From a bacterium (GTDB taxonomy: Bacteria > UBA9089 > JASEGY01), in NCBI GenBank assembly GCA_040753085.1, contig JBFMHI010000003.1:2367-66366 (forward strand): 64,000 nt of DNA. The letters are read 5' to 3'. Positions 48,023 to 58,426 of the stretch are shown here, in pieces. The translations under genes were made by a program, and so were the position numbers. Every line of letters starts with the position of its first letter. The first letter of the stretch is position 1. Below the pieces are notes generated by a model. It was not told the origin of the DNA. It ran no database searches and saw only the letters and a program-made list of their open reading frames with translations.

Positions 48023-49171
48023 CTAATCGACATGGCGGCGCAGGAAGGCAGGAATAGCATAGGGATCGTCCGCCGGGACTTGGCCTTCAGGGTAATAGCC
48101 CCTATCTCCCACCCCCACTTTTTCTGCCTCGGCCATACTTTTTGCTTTTCTGAAACTTTGCATATCTCTTACTTTCTCATCAGCCTGGACTGGCTCGGCC
48201 GCACTGACCCTGGTTCCGAAACCGGTAGCCACCACGGTAATACTTACTTCTTCTTTCATAGCCTCATCAGTTACTGTCCCAAAGATGACATTGGCCTCAT
48301 TATCCGCCTTTTCCGTAATCAGATTAGCGGCTTCATCTACTTCGGAAATCATCATATCCCTTCCCCCGGTGATATTGATCAAGATTCCTCTGGCGCCCTC
48401 AATAGAGTTTGACTCCAGGAAAGGTGAGGAGATGGCTGCCTGAGCCGCATCAATAGCCCTATTTTCTCCGCTAGCCACCCCGATTCCCATTAAGGCATTC
48501 CCTTGAGCGGTCATTACTGCTTTGACATCCGCAAAATCTAAGTTGATTAATCCGGGAATAGTGATCAGGTCTGCAATGCCCTGGATACCCTGCCTGAGGA
48601 CATCATCCGCTGCCCGGAAGGCATCAATGATAGAGGTTCTTTTTTCCACTACCGAAAGAATTTTCTGATTGGGAATGGTGATTAAGGTATCCACCCGCTC
48701 GATTAATTCTTTCAAACCTACCTCCGCCTGTTTAGCCCGCTTAGGTCCTTCAAAATTAAAGGGTCGGGTGACTACGCCTACTGTCAAAGCCCCTACCTCA
48801 CGGGCTATATCAGCCACGATAGGCGAAGCGCCCGTTCCGGTTCCACCACCCATACCGGCCGTGATAAAGATCATATCTGCTCCATCCAGGAGTCCATAAA
48901 TAGTATCTTTATCCTCCAAGGCCGCCTTTTGCCCGACCTCTGGATTGCCGCCTGCTCCAAGTCCCCGGGTCAATTTACTACCCACGGCTATCTTGTAAGG
49001 GACATCCACCGCCTCCAAAGCCTGACTGTCAGTATTAACCACGATAAAGTCTATCCCGTCGTGCTTCATCTTAGAAGACAACATACGGACGACCGCGTTC
49101 GTCCCTCCACCTCCGATACCAATAACTTTAATCTTGGTCGGATGTTTTACCTCATTTTCGAATTCTAACAT
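48023..49171 (-). CDS. ftsZ: cell division GTPase FtsZ
   Basis: GGGTGTGA tubulin signature, VIGIGGGGTNAV. Confidence 0.97.
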   Translation of the reverse strand: MLEFENEVKHPTKIKVIGIGGGGTNAVVRMLSSKMKHDGIDFIVVNTDSQALEAVDVPYKIAVGSKLTRGLGAGGNPEVGQKAALEDKDTIYGLLDGADMIFITAGMGGGTGTGASPIVADIAREVGALTVGVVTRPFNFEGPKRAKQAEVGLKELIERVDTLITIPNQKILSVVEKRTSIIDAFRAADDVLRQGIQGIADLITIPGLINLDFADVKAVMTAQGNALMGIGVASGENRAIDAAQAAISSPFLESNSIEGARGILINITGGRDMMISEVDEAANLITEKADNEANVIFGTVTDEAMKEEVSITVVATGFGTRVSAAEPVQADEKVRDMQSFRKAKSMAEAEKVGVGDRGYYPEGQVPADDPYAIPAFLRRHVD

Positions 49172-49224
49172 CTTTCTTTTTACTCCTTCCTAAAAAGCAT
49201 CTAGCGGTGTAGTGGTGACACCAC

Positions 49225-49278
49225 GCCAGCTCGGCGAAAGTTCCTGAACGGTTTCAGCCGGGTTCGAGGATTCGAGGA
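49225..49278. repeat. second copy of the 54-nt element (ccagctcggcgaaagttcctgaacggtttcagccgggttcgaggattcgagg) within a 370-bp ftsA-ftsZ spacer that also carries GATTACCG-type repeats
   Basis: see 36984..37037. Confidence 0.55.
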
Positions 49279-49543
49279 ACTTACACCGTGTTATACTACT
49301 ACCCCTTTCCCGGTTCAAGGGTTAGGCTTTAAGGCCCCTTCCTTAAGACCTAACTCTTGACCCTCTTACATTTTTTGGTCAAAAAGCCCTCCCCTAACTC
49401 TCAGGTAATCGATTATCGGTGATCAGGCTATCGGTAAGGAGAAAGCCGTAATCTATCATCACTGATTACCGGTTACTGATTACCGATTACTGGATGCCTG
49501 AGTAGTTACTAACCGGATTATATTAGGATGGTCACCTCCTTTG

Positions 49544-50779
49544 CTAAAACATCTCTCCAACCCATTCCTTCATTCGGCTGAAGATATCCTTAAACAGATT
49601 TCCCCCGATAAATCTTACCCCCTTTCCCGCTATTCTATCATTAGCCCCATATAAAACCAGACCTACGCCGGTAGCATATTGGGGTGTAGCTACAATATCC
49701 ACCAGTCCCTTTATTCCCCGGGGGATACCTATCCTTACCGGCAGATCGAATATCCGTTCGGCTAACTCCCTGGTCGATCCCAGTTGAGACGCGCCTCCAG
49801 TAAGAACAACCCCGGTGGTAATCTGTTTTTCATAGCCGGTCCTCCTGATCTCGCGGTTGACCAATTCAAAAATTTCTTCCATCCTGGGTTGAATAATCTC
49901 AGCTAATACCTGTTTAGGTAAGGTCCGAGCCTTTCTCTCTCCCACGCTGGGCACTTCCAAGGTCTCCTCTCCGGAGATACTCGAGGCCAGACAGGAACCG
50001 TGGGCAATCTTTATTCGCTCTGCTTCGGCCACAGGGGTCCTGAGTCCCATTGAGATGTCGTGAGTAACATAGTTTCCTCCCAGGGTTATCACCTCGGTAT
50101 GTCTTACACTCCCTTCGACAAATACAATGATATCGGTTGTCCCCCCCCCGATATCCACCAGAACTACCCCTAATTCCTTTTCATCTTCATCCAGAACAGC
50201 CTGACTGGCCGCCAGGGGAGCCAGGACAATATCATCTACGACAAATTCAGCCTGATTTACTGCTTTGACGATGTTTTGGGCTGAGGCGACGGCGCCGGTG
50301 ACAATATAAATCTCAGCTTCAAGCCTAGTTCCGGACAGACCTATCGGGTCCTTTATCCCATTCTGACTATCAATGATATACTGCTGAGGCAAAATATGAA
50401 TTACTTCCCGGTCAGGGGGAATAGCTACCGCCTTAGCGGCATCTATCACCCGGTCAACATCACTCCGAGTTACATCACCCCGTCTGGAAGATATAGCAAT
50501 AACTCCATGTGAATTGAGTCCCTTGATGTGACCACCGGCAATGCCGACATAAACAGAACCTACATCTACACCGGCCATAAGTTCCGCCTCTGATACAGCC
50601 TGCCCAATGGAATGGGTGGTTGATTCCAGGTCTATGACCACCCCTTTCCTTATGCCCCGCGAAGGAGCGCTGCCTACCCCTACGATCTCTACCTCGTTTT
50701 TTTCACCTATCTCACCAATGACCGTACATATCTTTGTTGTTCCGATGTCCACGCCTACAATCATATCACCTTTCGCCAT
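49544..50779 (-). CDS. ftsA: cell division protein FtsA (actin-like ATPase)
   Basis: MAKGDMIVGVDIGTTKICTV, DIGGGTTD. Confidence 0.95.
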   Translation of the reverse strand: MAKGDMIVGVDIGTTKICTVIGEIGEKNEVEIVGVGSAPSRGIRKGVVIDLESTTHSIGQAVSEAELMAGVDVGSVYVGIAGGHIKGLNSHGVIAISSRRGDVTRSDVDRVIDAAKAVAIPPDREVIHILPQQYIIDSQNGIKDPIGLSGTRLEAEIYIVTGAVASAQNIVKAVNQAEFVVDDIVLAPLAASQAVLDEDEKELGVVLVDIGGGTTDIIVFVEGSVRHTEVITLGGNYVTHDISMGLRTPVAEAERIKIAHGSCLASSISGEETLEVPSVGERKARTLPKQVLAEIIQPRMEEIFELVNREIRRTGYEKQITTGVVLTGGASQLGSTRELAERIFDLPVRIGIPRGIKGLVDIVATPQYATGVGLVLYGANDRIAGKGVRFIGGNLFKDIFSRMKEWVGEMF

Positions 50780-50796
50780 TTACCTCACCTACTTTC

Positions 50797-51723
50797 TTAG
50801 AGGTCAGAAGCCAGAATCTGTCCTCTCTCCTCGGTCGTCTGCCCTTTGTCTTCTGTATTCTGTCCTCTGTCTTCTGTATCTCCCTCGGCTGACTTTTTCA
50901 TAACTATATTCTTAAACCTGAGATCAATATACTCCATCCTTTCCTCTCTCTCCCGAAGATACTTAAGAAGGGCTTTAAGCCGACGAAGTTTCTTACCTTC
51001 TGCCTGATCAGGAGAGCCAAAACGAATCTGAATAGCCTGTCCTATGGTATAGCCGATGATACCTTTTGGTTTCTCTATATTAAATTCAGCTATCTGAGGG
51101 GAAAGGTCAATTTCCGGGTCTCTGAGCTGATCGATGATAGTTAAAACTTCCCTTACGGCCGGGGCCTTCAAGGGCTGGCCCAGTTCACATCCTTCAAACT
51201 TCAGGCCGGTAATGAAAGGTAAATCGTAGTCCTTACAGGAATCCAAATCAAAGATAACCCCCTGGTTATCTATACCTAAAAATCGGCTCATTTCCGGAAT
51301 AGGGATAATGGCCTGCGGCTCTCTTTCTTTAACTATTATTTTTATCGTGTTAGGTAGTTGTCGTTTAATCTCAATATCGCTTACGCCTGGTTCGCGGCTC
51401 AGATAGTCAGCTAAATCCTTCAAATCAAGTTGAAAGATATTGGGATGAATAGTCCGGTAATGATTAAGACAATACAGGTTGAATCCATTTTGGATTCTAT
51501 CTTTACGGGCATTCTCTTTAGCTTCAATTATAGGGGTATCAACCGCCAGTTGAGGCGAGGTGGCAATAAAATAATAAGTCCCGGCCAAAGTCGCCCCGGT
51601 AAGACCGAGGATAAGAATGACCTTAACTACCCCCCAGTTTATCTTTCTTGGCTTAACTTTTCTTCTGGTTTTTCTTTTAGGAATACGCTGCCTCTCCAGT
51701 CGGGGACGGCTAGATAACTTCAT
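50797..51723 (-). CDS. ftsQ: cell division protein FtsQ/DivIB (POTRA domain) with low-complexity acidic C-terminal tail
   Basis: N-terminal basic region, single TM, POTRA-like block; 4-nt overlap with murB. Confidence 0.8.
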   Translation of the reverse strand: MKLSSRPRLERQRIPKRKTRRKVKPRKINWGVVKVILILGLTGATLAGTYYFIATSPQLAVDTPIIEAKENARKDRIQNGFNLYCLNHYRTIHPNIFQLDLKDLADYLSREPGVSDIEIKRQLPNTIKIIVKEREPQAIIPIPEMSRFLGIDNQGVIFDLDSCKDYDLPFITGLKFEGCELGQPLKAPAVREVLTIIDQLRDPEIDLSPQIAEFNIEKPKGIIGYTIGQAIQIRFGSPDQAEGKKLRRLKALLKYLREREERMEYIDLRFKNIVMKKSAEGDTEDRGQNTEDKGQTTEERGQILASDL

Positions 51724-52673
51724 ATGACGGCCTCCTGTCGCTGATCACCGAGACCCTCCTCCCCCACGACCGTGATTTCCAGATCAAGGTCGATCCCCGA
51801 ATAATCTTTAACCCGGGATTTAATTATTTTTATCAATTTTAAGACATCAGCCGCGGTAGCTTTGCCTATGTTCTGAATAAAATTGGCGTGTTTATCGGAC
51901 ACCTTTGCCTGGCCGACACAAGATCCTTTCAAGCCGGCCTTCTCGATCAATGCCCCGGCATAATTACCTGGCGGATTCAAAAAGATACAACCAGCATTAC
52001 GTCCCGATAAGGGCTGGGCCGCTTTTTTTCTGGCCAATAATTCATGCATCTGTCTTTTAATCTTTGATGGCTCTCCATAAGATAATTCCAGACCTACTTC
52101 CAGGACGATTCCTTCTTTCAACCCATGTCGATAAGTAAAATTTATGTCTTCGGCTAAGATAAGTTTCTCTTCTCCCGCCGGGGAAGCTACCCTAACCCAT
52201 TTGATAAGCTCCCCGATACTTTTGCCAAAGGCAGAGGCATTAAGCTTAACGGCTCCACCGATTCTACCCGGAATACCGGCTGTAAATTCGAGGCCGCTTA
52301 AACCGGCCGTGGCCGCCTCCCGGCTCAGTCGGGGAAGAGAAACGCCTGCACCAACTTTTATGATTTCGGATTTTTCATTCCGCCTTTCGCCCTTATCCCT
52401 TCCCCTGATGTCTATCTTATTAAAGAAGCCAGTTGGACGAAGAGTAAGCCCCCTTATCCCCCCGTCCCTGACTAAGAGGTTTGTCCCTCCGCCAAGGATA
52501 AAGCCGGGAAGATTATGGTCTCTTATAAGCTCAAGGACATCTTTAAGCTCCGCCTCAGATTCTATCTCAACAAAAAAATCTGCCGGGCCACCGATCTTAA
52601 AGGAAGTATGGCGGCTCATCGGCTCATTGATCTTAAGCCGGAGGCCGACTATGGCCCGAAGCCTTTCAACCAA
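51720..52673 (-). CDS. murB: UDP-N-acetylenolpyruvoylglucosamine reductase
   Basis: NEPMSRHTSFKIGGPADFF FAD-binding N-terminus; start TTG 52673 or ATG 52619 (ORF-track extension to 52724 is encoded by the 38-nt repeat). Confidence 0.88.
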   Translation of the reverse strand: MVERLRAIVGLRLKINEPMSRHTSFKIGGPADFFVEIESEAELKDVLELIRDHNLPGFILGGGTNLLVRDGGIRGLTLRPTGFFNKIDIRGRDKGERRNEKSEIIKVGAGVSLPRLSREAATAGLSGLEFTAGIPGRIGGAVKLNASAFGKSIGELIKWVRVASPAGEEKLILAEDINFTYRHGLKEGIVLEVGLELSYGEPSKIKRQMHELLARKKAAQPLSGRNAGCIFLNPPGNYAGALIEKAGLKGSCVGQAKVSDKHANFIQNIGKATAADVLKLIKIIKSRVKDYSGIDLDLEITVVGEEGLGDQRQEAVI

Positions 52674-52677
52674 TCTC

Positions 52678-52716
52678 GGATTTCGCACCCACTTCGTGGG
52701 TACCCAGGATTTCGGA
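52678..52716. repeat. copy 2 of 38-nt element ggatttcgcacccacttcgtgggtacccaggatttcgga
   Basis: see 31404..31441. Confidence 0.6.
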
Positions 52717-52727
52717 TCTTCCATTCC

Positions 52728-54176
52728 TCACTTCGCCACTGGCCATCCAGATTTTCCCATCCACATTCCGCAATCCGCCTTCCGCAATTCTTCTAATATC
52801 CTTTCCCCCACCATCCAGATGTCTCCGGCGCCCAGGGTGATTAAGATGTCGTTTGATTTGACCCGATCAAGGGCAGCCGTCACCATTTGTTCTGGATCAG
52901 AGATAAATTCAACTTCAGAATTAGGACTGCCTTGCTTGATCTTAGCGGCTATCATCTCTCCACTCACCCCCGGAATAGGCGTCTCCCCAGCCGCATAGAT
53001 GTCATTTACCATCACCATATCCGCCTGCTCAAAGGCCTTTCCGAATTCTTCTGCTAAGCAGCGGCTTCGAGTATACCGGTGAGGCTGAAAGAGAACCAGC
53101 CTCCTTCTTTGTGGCCAGGCAATTTTAATGGAATTCAGGGTAGCCTTAATCTCCGTGGGATGATGGGCATAATCATCCAGGAGCAGGACTCCACCAATCT
53201 CAGCCTTGATTTGAAGACGTCTATCCACTCCCTGGTAGTTAGACATGCCCTCTTTTATCGTTTTGAAATCCAGTCCAAGTTCAAGTCCAACCGTTACCGC
53301 CGCCAGGGAATCCCGGATATAATGCAGCCCGGGAAGACTGATCTCTATTTGGCCTAAAACCTCAGCCGAGCGGGCCACCGTAAACCGGGAGAGAGTTCCC
53401 TCAAACTCAAAATCAAAGCCCCTGATCTCAGCTTCAGGATGGAGTCCATAGGTTATCACCGGCCTTTGAATGCGATCAAGAATAGAACATATATGCTCAT
53501 CATCCAGACAGAGGATGGCACACCCGTAAAAAGGAACCTTGTTGATGAAATTCACAAAATTTTCTTTAATCTCAGCTAACCCCCCCTGATAGTAATCCAG
53601 ATGTTCCGCATCGATGTTGGTGACTACGGCAATGATAGGGGAAAGTTTCAAAAAACTCCCGTCAGATTCATCAGCTTCTGCCACGAAAAATTTGCCGTTG
53701 CCATGTTTAGCGTGAGAAGCAATATTCTTAAACCGGCCGCCAATGACTATGGTGGGGTCAAGTCCACCGTTGGTTAGGACCGCTCCAATCATAGAGGTAG
53801 TGGTTGTCTTGCCATGGGCACCGGTAACGGCGATCCCATTTCGAAGGCGCATCAGTTCAGCCAACATCTCCGCCCTGGGGATAACCGGGATATGTTCCTC
53901 CTTAGCCCGCTTAACCTCTACATTTCCGTTGGTAATAGCCGAGGAAATAACCACTACGTCTTTATCTAAGACCAGTTCGGCTTTATGTCCTATGTGGATA
54001 TCTCCACCCAAAGAGGAAAGTCTTCTGGTTATCTCGGTTTCTTTGAGGTCGGAACCACTAACCTCATACCCCAGAGAAAGCAAGACTTCAGCAATCCCGC
54101 TCATCCCGGCCCCACCTATACCTACTAAATGGATACGTTTTATCTTATCAAACATACCTGGTTTCCTTAGAGACAT
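52728..54176 (-). CDS. murC: UDP-N-acetylmuramate--L-alanine ligase
   Basis: IHLVGIGGAGMSGIAEVL, GTNGKTTT-type P-loop (HGKTTTTSMI); start may be M8 (54155) with AAGGA RBS. Confidence 0.92.
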   Translation of the reverse strand: MSLRKPGMFDKIKRIHLVGIGGAGMSGIAEVLLSLGYEVSGSDLKETEITRRLSSLGGDIHIGHKAELVLDKDVVVISSAITNGNVEVKRAKEEHIPVIPRAEMLAELMRLRNGIAVTGAHGKTTTTSMIGAVLTNGGLDPTIVIGGRFKNIASHAKHGNGKFFVAEADESDGSFLKLSPIIAVVTNIDAEHLDYYQGGLAEIKENFVNFINKVPFYGCAILCLDDEHICSILDRIQRPVITYGLHPEAEIRGFDFEFEGTLSRFTVARSAEVLGQIEISLPGLHYIRDSLAAVTVGLELGLDFKTIKEGMSNYQGVDRRLQIKAEIGGVLLLDDYAHHPTEIKATLNSIKIAWPQRRRLVLFQPHRYTRSRCLAEEFGKAFEQADMVMVNDIYAAGETPIPGVSGEMIAAKIKQGSPNSEVEFISDPEQMVTAALDRVKSNDILITLGAGDIWMVGERILEELRKADCGMWMGKSGWPVAK

Positions 54177-55329
54177 TCAGCAGTATCCCTACCCCAATCA
54201 AGGTAGAGACAAGGGAAGATCCGCCGTAGCTAATAAAGGGCATAGGTAAACCTGTCGTCGGCATCATTCCCGTGTTTACCGCGATATTAATGCTGGCTTG
54301 AAGAACGATAATAGTAGTTAACCCAAAGGCCAGTAAAGACCCGAACATATCTTTGCTCGTCAGCGCAATCTTGACTCCTATCCAAAGAAAGAGCAAAAAG
54401 AGAAGAAGGATAAACCCTGTTCCCAAAAATCCAAATTCTTCGGCAAGTATAGCAAAAATTGAGTCCGATTCCGGTACCGGCACAAAACCCAGTTTTTGTT
54501 GACTCCCTCCAGGTCCTTGCCCAGTAATTTTTCCATTACCTATCGCCGATATAAGCTGCTTCGGATGATACCTGCCTTCTTCAACAGATTCTATTATTTG
54601 CTCCACTTCGGAAGGAGGAAACCGCCATTCAACCACTTGGCGGATAATAGAAGAATCAGAGGGAAATTGGACCAGTATCCGCTTTAACTGATAGGGATAA
54701 TTCCATATCGCTAATCCGCAGAAAAGCATAGCGCCGGTCAAAAGATATACTAAGTATCTCAACTTTACTCCGCCTACGGCTAAGAGAAGTAAAATAACGA
54801 TTCCCATAAGAAGGCCCATCCCCAAATGAGGCTGCATACCGACTAACCCCACTACTATAACTAAGGGGATTAATAAAGGAAGAAATCCGCGTCTAAACTC
54901 TTTTATGACATTTTGTTTTCGTGAAATGAAATCGGCCATAAAAATAATTAAAATAAGCTTAATCATTTCAGCCGGTTGGAATCTAAGTTTTGTTAGAGGT
55001 ATCTCAAACCATCTCTGGCTGCCGTTGATCCTTACCCCAAACCAGGGAGTCAGGGTAAGGCCCAACATAATGAGGCCTATCATTAATAAGGGTAAAGACC
55101 GCTTTTGAAATTCCCGGTAGGGAATACTACTGGCGATCATAAAGAGGGGGACGCTTCCTAACAGCCAACAAAATTGATGCCTTAGATAGTATGAACTGTC
55201 TCTATTTCCAATGGCGCTGGCCGAGTAGATCATTACCAGTCCAATACCCACTAAGGTAACCGTGACCAAAAACAGGACGGTCGTTGAGTGTAGATGGTTA
55301 TCCTTTTTTAGCCACTTAGGGTAAAACAT
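54148..55329 (-). CDS. ftsW: SEDS-family peptidoglycan glycosyltransferase FtsW
   Basis: start MFYPKW with GGAGGGAGG RBS (ORF-track extension to 55392 is heptamer-repeat-encoded); 10 TM helices, conserved C-terminal PFISYGGSS. Confidence 0.9.
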   Translation of the reverse strand: MFYPKWLKKDNHLHSTTVLFLVTVTLVGIGLVMIYSASAIGNRDSSYYLRHQFCWLLGSVPLFMIASSIPYREFQKRSLPLLMIGLIMLGLTLTPWFGVRINGSQRWFEIPLTKLRFQPAEMIKLILIIFMADFISRKQNVIKEFRRGFLPLLIPLVIVVGLVGMQPHLGMGLLMGIVILLLLAVGGVKLRYLVYLLTGAMLFCGLAIWNYPYQLKRILVQFPSDSSIIRQVVEWRFPPSEVEQIIESVEEGRYHPKQLISAIGNGKITGQGPGGSQQKLGFVPVPESDSIFAILAEEFGFLGTGFILLLFLLFLWIGVKIALTSKDMFGSLLAFGLTTIIVLQASINIAVNTGMMPTTGLPMPFISYGGSSLVSTLIGVGILLNVSKETRYV

Positions 55330-55363
55330 AGCCAGACCTCCCTCCGCAACCAAAGAATCCTCC

Positions 55364-55423
55364 ATGCTCGAGCATCCAGCATCGAGCATCAAGCATCCAG
55401 GATCGAGTATCGAGCATCGAGCA
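55364..55423. repeat. GCATCGA-family heptanucleotide tract (~9 units) filling the mraY-ftsW intergenic spacer
   Basis: same unit as 35806..36116 and 34577..34652; ends at the mraY stop codon. Confidence 0.85.
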
Positions 55424-56524
55424 TCACCTAAGCTTAAGTGTGCTCAAGGAGAGCAGAGTAAATATCCCGGCCAGTATCCAAAACCGGACCACGATCCTGG
55501 GTTCCGGCCAGCCTTTTAATTCAAAGTGATGATGCAGCGGCGCCATCAACCAAATTCGTCTTCCTCGGAATTTATAAGATATTACCTGTAAGACAACCGA
55601 CAGGGCTTCAACCACGAACAATCCCCCAATGATAATAAGCAGCATCTCGTGTCTGGTCAGGACAGCCACTGTGCCTAATGCCCCTCCCAGGGCTAAGGAT
55701 CCCGTATCGCCCATGAACACCTGGGCGGGGTAGGTGTTGAACCAGAGGAACCCTAAGCCGGCGCCAATAAGGGCGCCCAGATAGACGGTCAATTCACCCG
55801 TTCCACTCAGGTAGGTCAGCTTTAGGTAGTGAGAAAAATTATAATGGCCGGTTACATAAGCAATTCCAGTATAAGCGATAGCGGCAAAAATAACCGCCCC
55901 AATGGCCAGGCCGTCCAGACCATCGGTTAAATTTACCGCATTACTGGCGCCCATAATAACCAGAATAACAAAAGGGATATAAAACCAGCCTAAGTTAATC
56001 GGCGGTTTATCAAAGAAAGGGACAGCCAGTTGAGTGCTATATTCCGGCCCCCCCACCGGATTAAGATAAAGATAGCCCGCTAAAATAGCCGCTATCAGAA
56101 ATTGGCCGATTAATTTATATCGGGCCACTAACCCCTCCGGCTTGCGTCGAACCATCTTTAGATAATCATCCACCAGACCTAACCCGCCGAACCCCATCGT
56201 AACGCCAAAGATGATAAGGGTAAATCGGTTGTCCCATCTGGCCCAAAGTAAGGTTGACACCAGCAGGGCAAAAAGGATGATTATTCCCCCCATGGTTGGG
56301 GTAGCCGCCTTATAGCCGTGATTTTTAAGATATTTCTCTCTAACTACCTGGGTGATCTTGAGCGCCTTGAGCTTCCTTATCACCCACGGTCCCAGGAGAA
56401 AGACAATCACTAGAGCGCTTATGGTCGCATAGGCCGTTCTGAAGGTGATATATCTGAACAACCTGAAGATAGAAGTAACCGTATCAGGCACATAAAGCCA
56501 TTCATAAAAAAGATGATAGAACAC
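55424..56524 (-). CDS. mraY: phospho-N-acetylmuramoyl-pentapeptide transferase
   Basis: polytopic membrane protein with MraY aspartate-rich motifs (NAVNLTDGLDGLA). Confidence 0.93.
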   Translation of the reverse strand: MFYHLFYEWLYVPDTVTSIFRLFRYITFRTAYATISALVIVFLLGPWVIRKLKALKITQVVREKYLKNHGYKAATPTMGGIIILFALLVSTLLWARWDNRFTLIIFGVTMGFGGLGLVDDYLKMVRRKPEGLVARYKLIGQFLIAAILAGYLYLNPVGGPEYSTQLAVPFFDKPPINLGWFYIPFVILVIMGASNAVNLTDGLDGLAIGAVIFAAIAYTGIAYVTGHYNFSHYLKLTYLSGTGELTVYLGALIGAGLGFLWFNTYPAQVFMGDTGSLALGGALGTVAVLTRHEMLLIIIGGLFVVEALSVVLQVISYKFRGRRIWLMAPLHHHFELKGWPEPRIVVRFWILAGIFTLLSLSTLKLR

Positions 56525-57944
56525 CTCTTGCTACCTCGCCATCATCAAAGGATATAATTTGATCTCCCATGATTTGATAATCCTCGTGTCCTTTACCGGC
56601 AATAAGAACCAGATCGCCTGGCCCGGCTTCCTGCAAGGCCTGGAAAATGGCCTCTTTTCTGTCTACAATCACCCTGTAATTATTATGTTGATTAAAACCG
56701 CTTTTTATTTGACGGATAATTTCAAGCGGGTCTTCAGACCTGGGATTATCAGAGGTGATAATCACATAATCACTCAGTTCCCGGGCTACCTTACCCATTA
56801 GCGGACGTTTTCCGGTATCCCTATCTCCTCCACAGCCAAAGAGGGTAATAATTCGGGCCGGATTAAGATCCCTGGCTGATAGGAGGACGGACCGCAAGGC
56901 CTCCGGCGTATGGGCATAGTCGATGATCACTTGGAAAGGTTGGCCTGCCTCAATCGCTTCAAATCTCCCTTTAACTTGATCAAGGGCGGCAATCCCCGGC
57001 TTAATATCTTTGATGTCAAGGCCCAAAGCCGCTCCTGTGGCTATGGCGGCCAAGGCATTATAGACATTGTGCCGGCCGGCCAGCTTCATCTCGATTCGCT
57101 CTCCAATGGCCGTGAAGGACAGGCCTCCCCTCCCCGAAGTAATTTCTGAGGCGGTTATATCAGCCTTTTCAGAAAGCCCGTAGGTAATAACCCGGCTGGG
57201 TATAGCGGCTATCAGTTTCCTTCCCCAGGGATCGTCAATATTAATTACGGCGTATTTATCCCGCCGTAAGGTTGTAAAGAGTTGGCTTTTTGCTTCAAAA
57301 TAAGAAGAGGCTGTAAGGTGAAAATCGAGGTGATCCTGACTAAGGTTAGTGAAAACAGCTACATCAAAATCGCAGCCCACCACCCGTGAAAGAGAGAGGG
57401 CATGCGAGGAAACTTCCATAACCAGATAGGAAAAGCCCCCTTCAACCATCCCGGCCATATATGCTTGAAGATTTATGGCCTCCGGGGTAGTATGAGTCGC
57501 CTTAATCTCCCTGTCTCCTGTAGAATATCCAATAGTAGCGATGCGTCCTACCTTCTCCCCTCGAGCCTTGAGCACGGATTCAATCAGATAAGTAGTCGTG
57601 GTCTTTCCATTAGTCCCGGTGATGCCAATGAGCTTTAGCTTGGTGGATGGATAATCATAAAATTTAGCGGCGACCGCCGCGGCGGCTTTTCTTGAATCTT
57701 TAACTCGAAGGAGAGTAAATCCCCTTTCTCGGGGAACACGGTCTTCTATTAAAGCCGCTACTGCCCCTTTATGTTTAGCTTCAGAAAGAAAGCTATGACC
57801 ATCATATTTAAATCCCTTTATACATATAAACAGAAATCCTTTCTGAACCTCATTGGAATGGCAGCTTATCCCACTGATTTCAATATCCAGGTTGCCGACG
57901 GCTTCCTCTACCGGCAGGTCAACTACCAAATCTCTTAACCTCAT
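56502..57944 (-). CDS. murE: UDP-N-acetylmuramoyl-L-alanyl-D-glutamate--2,6-diaminopimelate ligase
   Basis: GITGTNGKTTTTYL P-loop and DNPR motif (ITSDNPRSEDP) diagnostic of meso-DAP-adding MurE. Confidence 0.9.
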   Translation of the reverse strand: MRLRDLVVDLPVEEAVGNLDIEISGISCHSNEVQKGFLFICIKGFKYDGHSFLSEAKHKGAVAALIEDRVPRERGFTLLRVKDSRKAAAAVAAKFYDYPSTKLKLIGITGTNGKTTTTYLIESVLKARGEKVGRIATIGYSTGDREIKATHTTPEAINLQAYMAGMVEGGFSYLVMEVSSHALSLSRVVGCDFDVAVFTNLSQDHLDFHLTASSYFEAKSQLFTTLRRDKYAVINIDDPWGRKLIAAIPSRVITYGLSEKADITASEITSGRGGLSFTAIGERIEMKLAGRHNVYNALAAIATGAALGLDIKDIKPGIAALDQVKGRFEAIEAGQPFQVIIDYAHTPEALRSVLLSARDLNPARIITLFGCGGDRDTGKRPLMGKVARELSDYVIITSDNPRSEDPLEIIRQIKSGFNQHNNYRVIVDRKEAIFQALQEAGPGDLVLIAGKGHEDYQIMGDQIISFDDGEVARGVLSSFL

Positions 57945-57974
57945 TACCCCTCCCCGGAAAAGAGAAAAACTTTT

Positions 57975-58400
57975 TCACTCGATATTATTGGCCCCTATTT
58001 TTATCTGAGTTCTTATCCGACTAATATGATTCACCACCCACACCCTTGTATCCTTGGCCCATTTAGCCAGAACAGCTAAATACTTGCTCTCTCCCTCTAC
58101 TAATTCGATATCTCCGGCCGGGAGATTGTCCTTCGGCTCCGGTAAAGTAATAACCTGGGCCAACCGCATTTCTAAGCCTATATTCTTAATGTCCCCATCC
58201 TGGAAAATCTTCTCTGGTGAGACAAGGCAAGATTTTTCTGTGGCATAACTCCTGGCCTCATTTTCCAGATATCTTCTTTCATTCTCCAATTCAATTATCC
58301 GATATCCCAGCCTGGTTACTTGGTTTTTCTGCCAAGACTGGCTAAAGCTCATTAGCAGAAAAAGAATGGCTAAGGCGAGATATGATTTTGGTGCGTTCAT
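57975..58400 (-). CDS. FtsB/DivIC-like septum formation initiator (TM + coiled coil)
   Basis: single N-terminal TM, leucine-zipper-like heptads, position in dcw cluster. Confidence 0.55.
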   Translation of the reverse strand: MNAPKSYLALAILFLLMSFSQSWQKNQVTRLGYRIIELENERRYLENEARSYATEKSCLVSPEKIFQDGDIKNIGLEMRLAQVITLPEPKDNLPAGDIELVEGESKYLAVLAKWAKDTRVWVVNHISRIRTQIKIGANNIE

Positions 58401-58426
58401 CCTTGATAATTTTTCTCCCAGAGTAA

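Noticed and set aside
52144-52998. 284-aa plus-strand ORF spanning the murB/murC junction
   Set aside because: Antisense to two conserved cell-wall genes; Ser/Pro/Leu-rich translation; no start context
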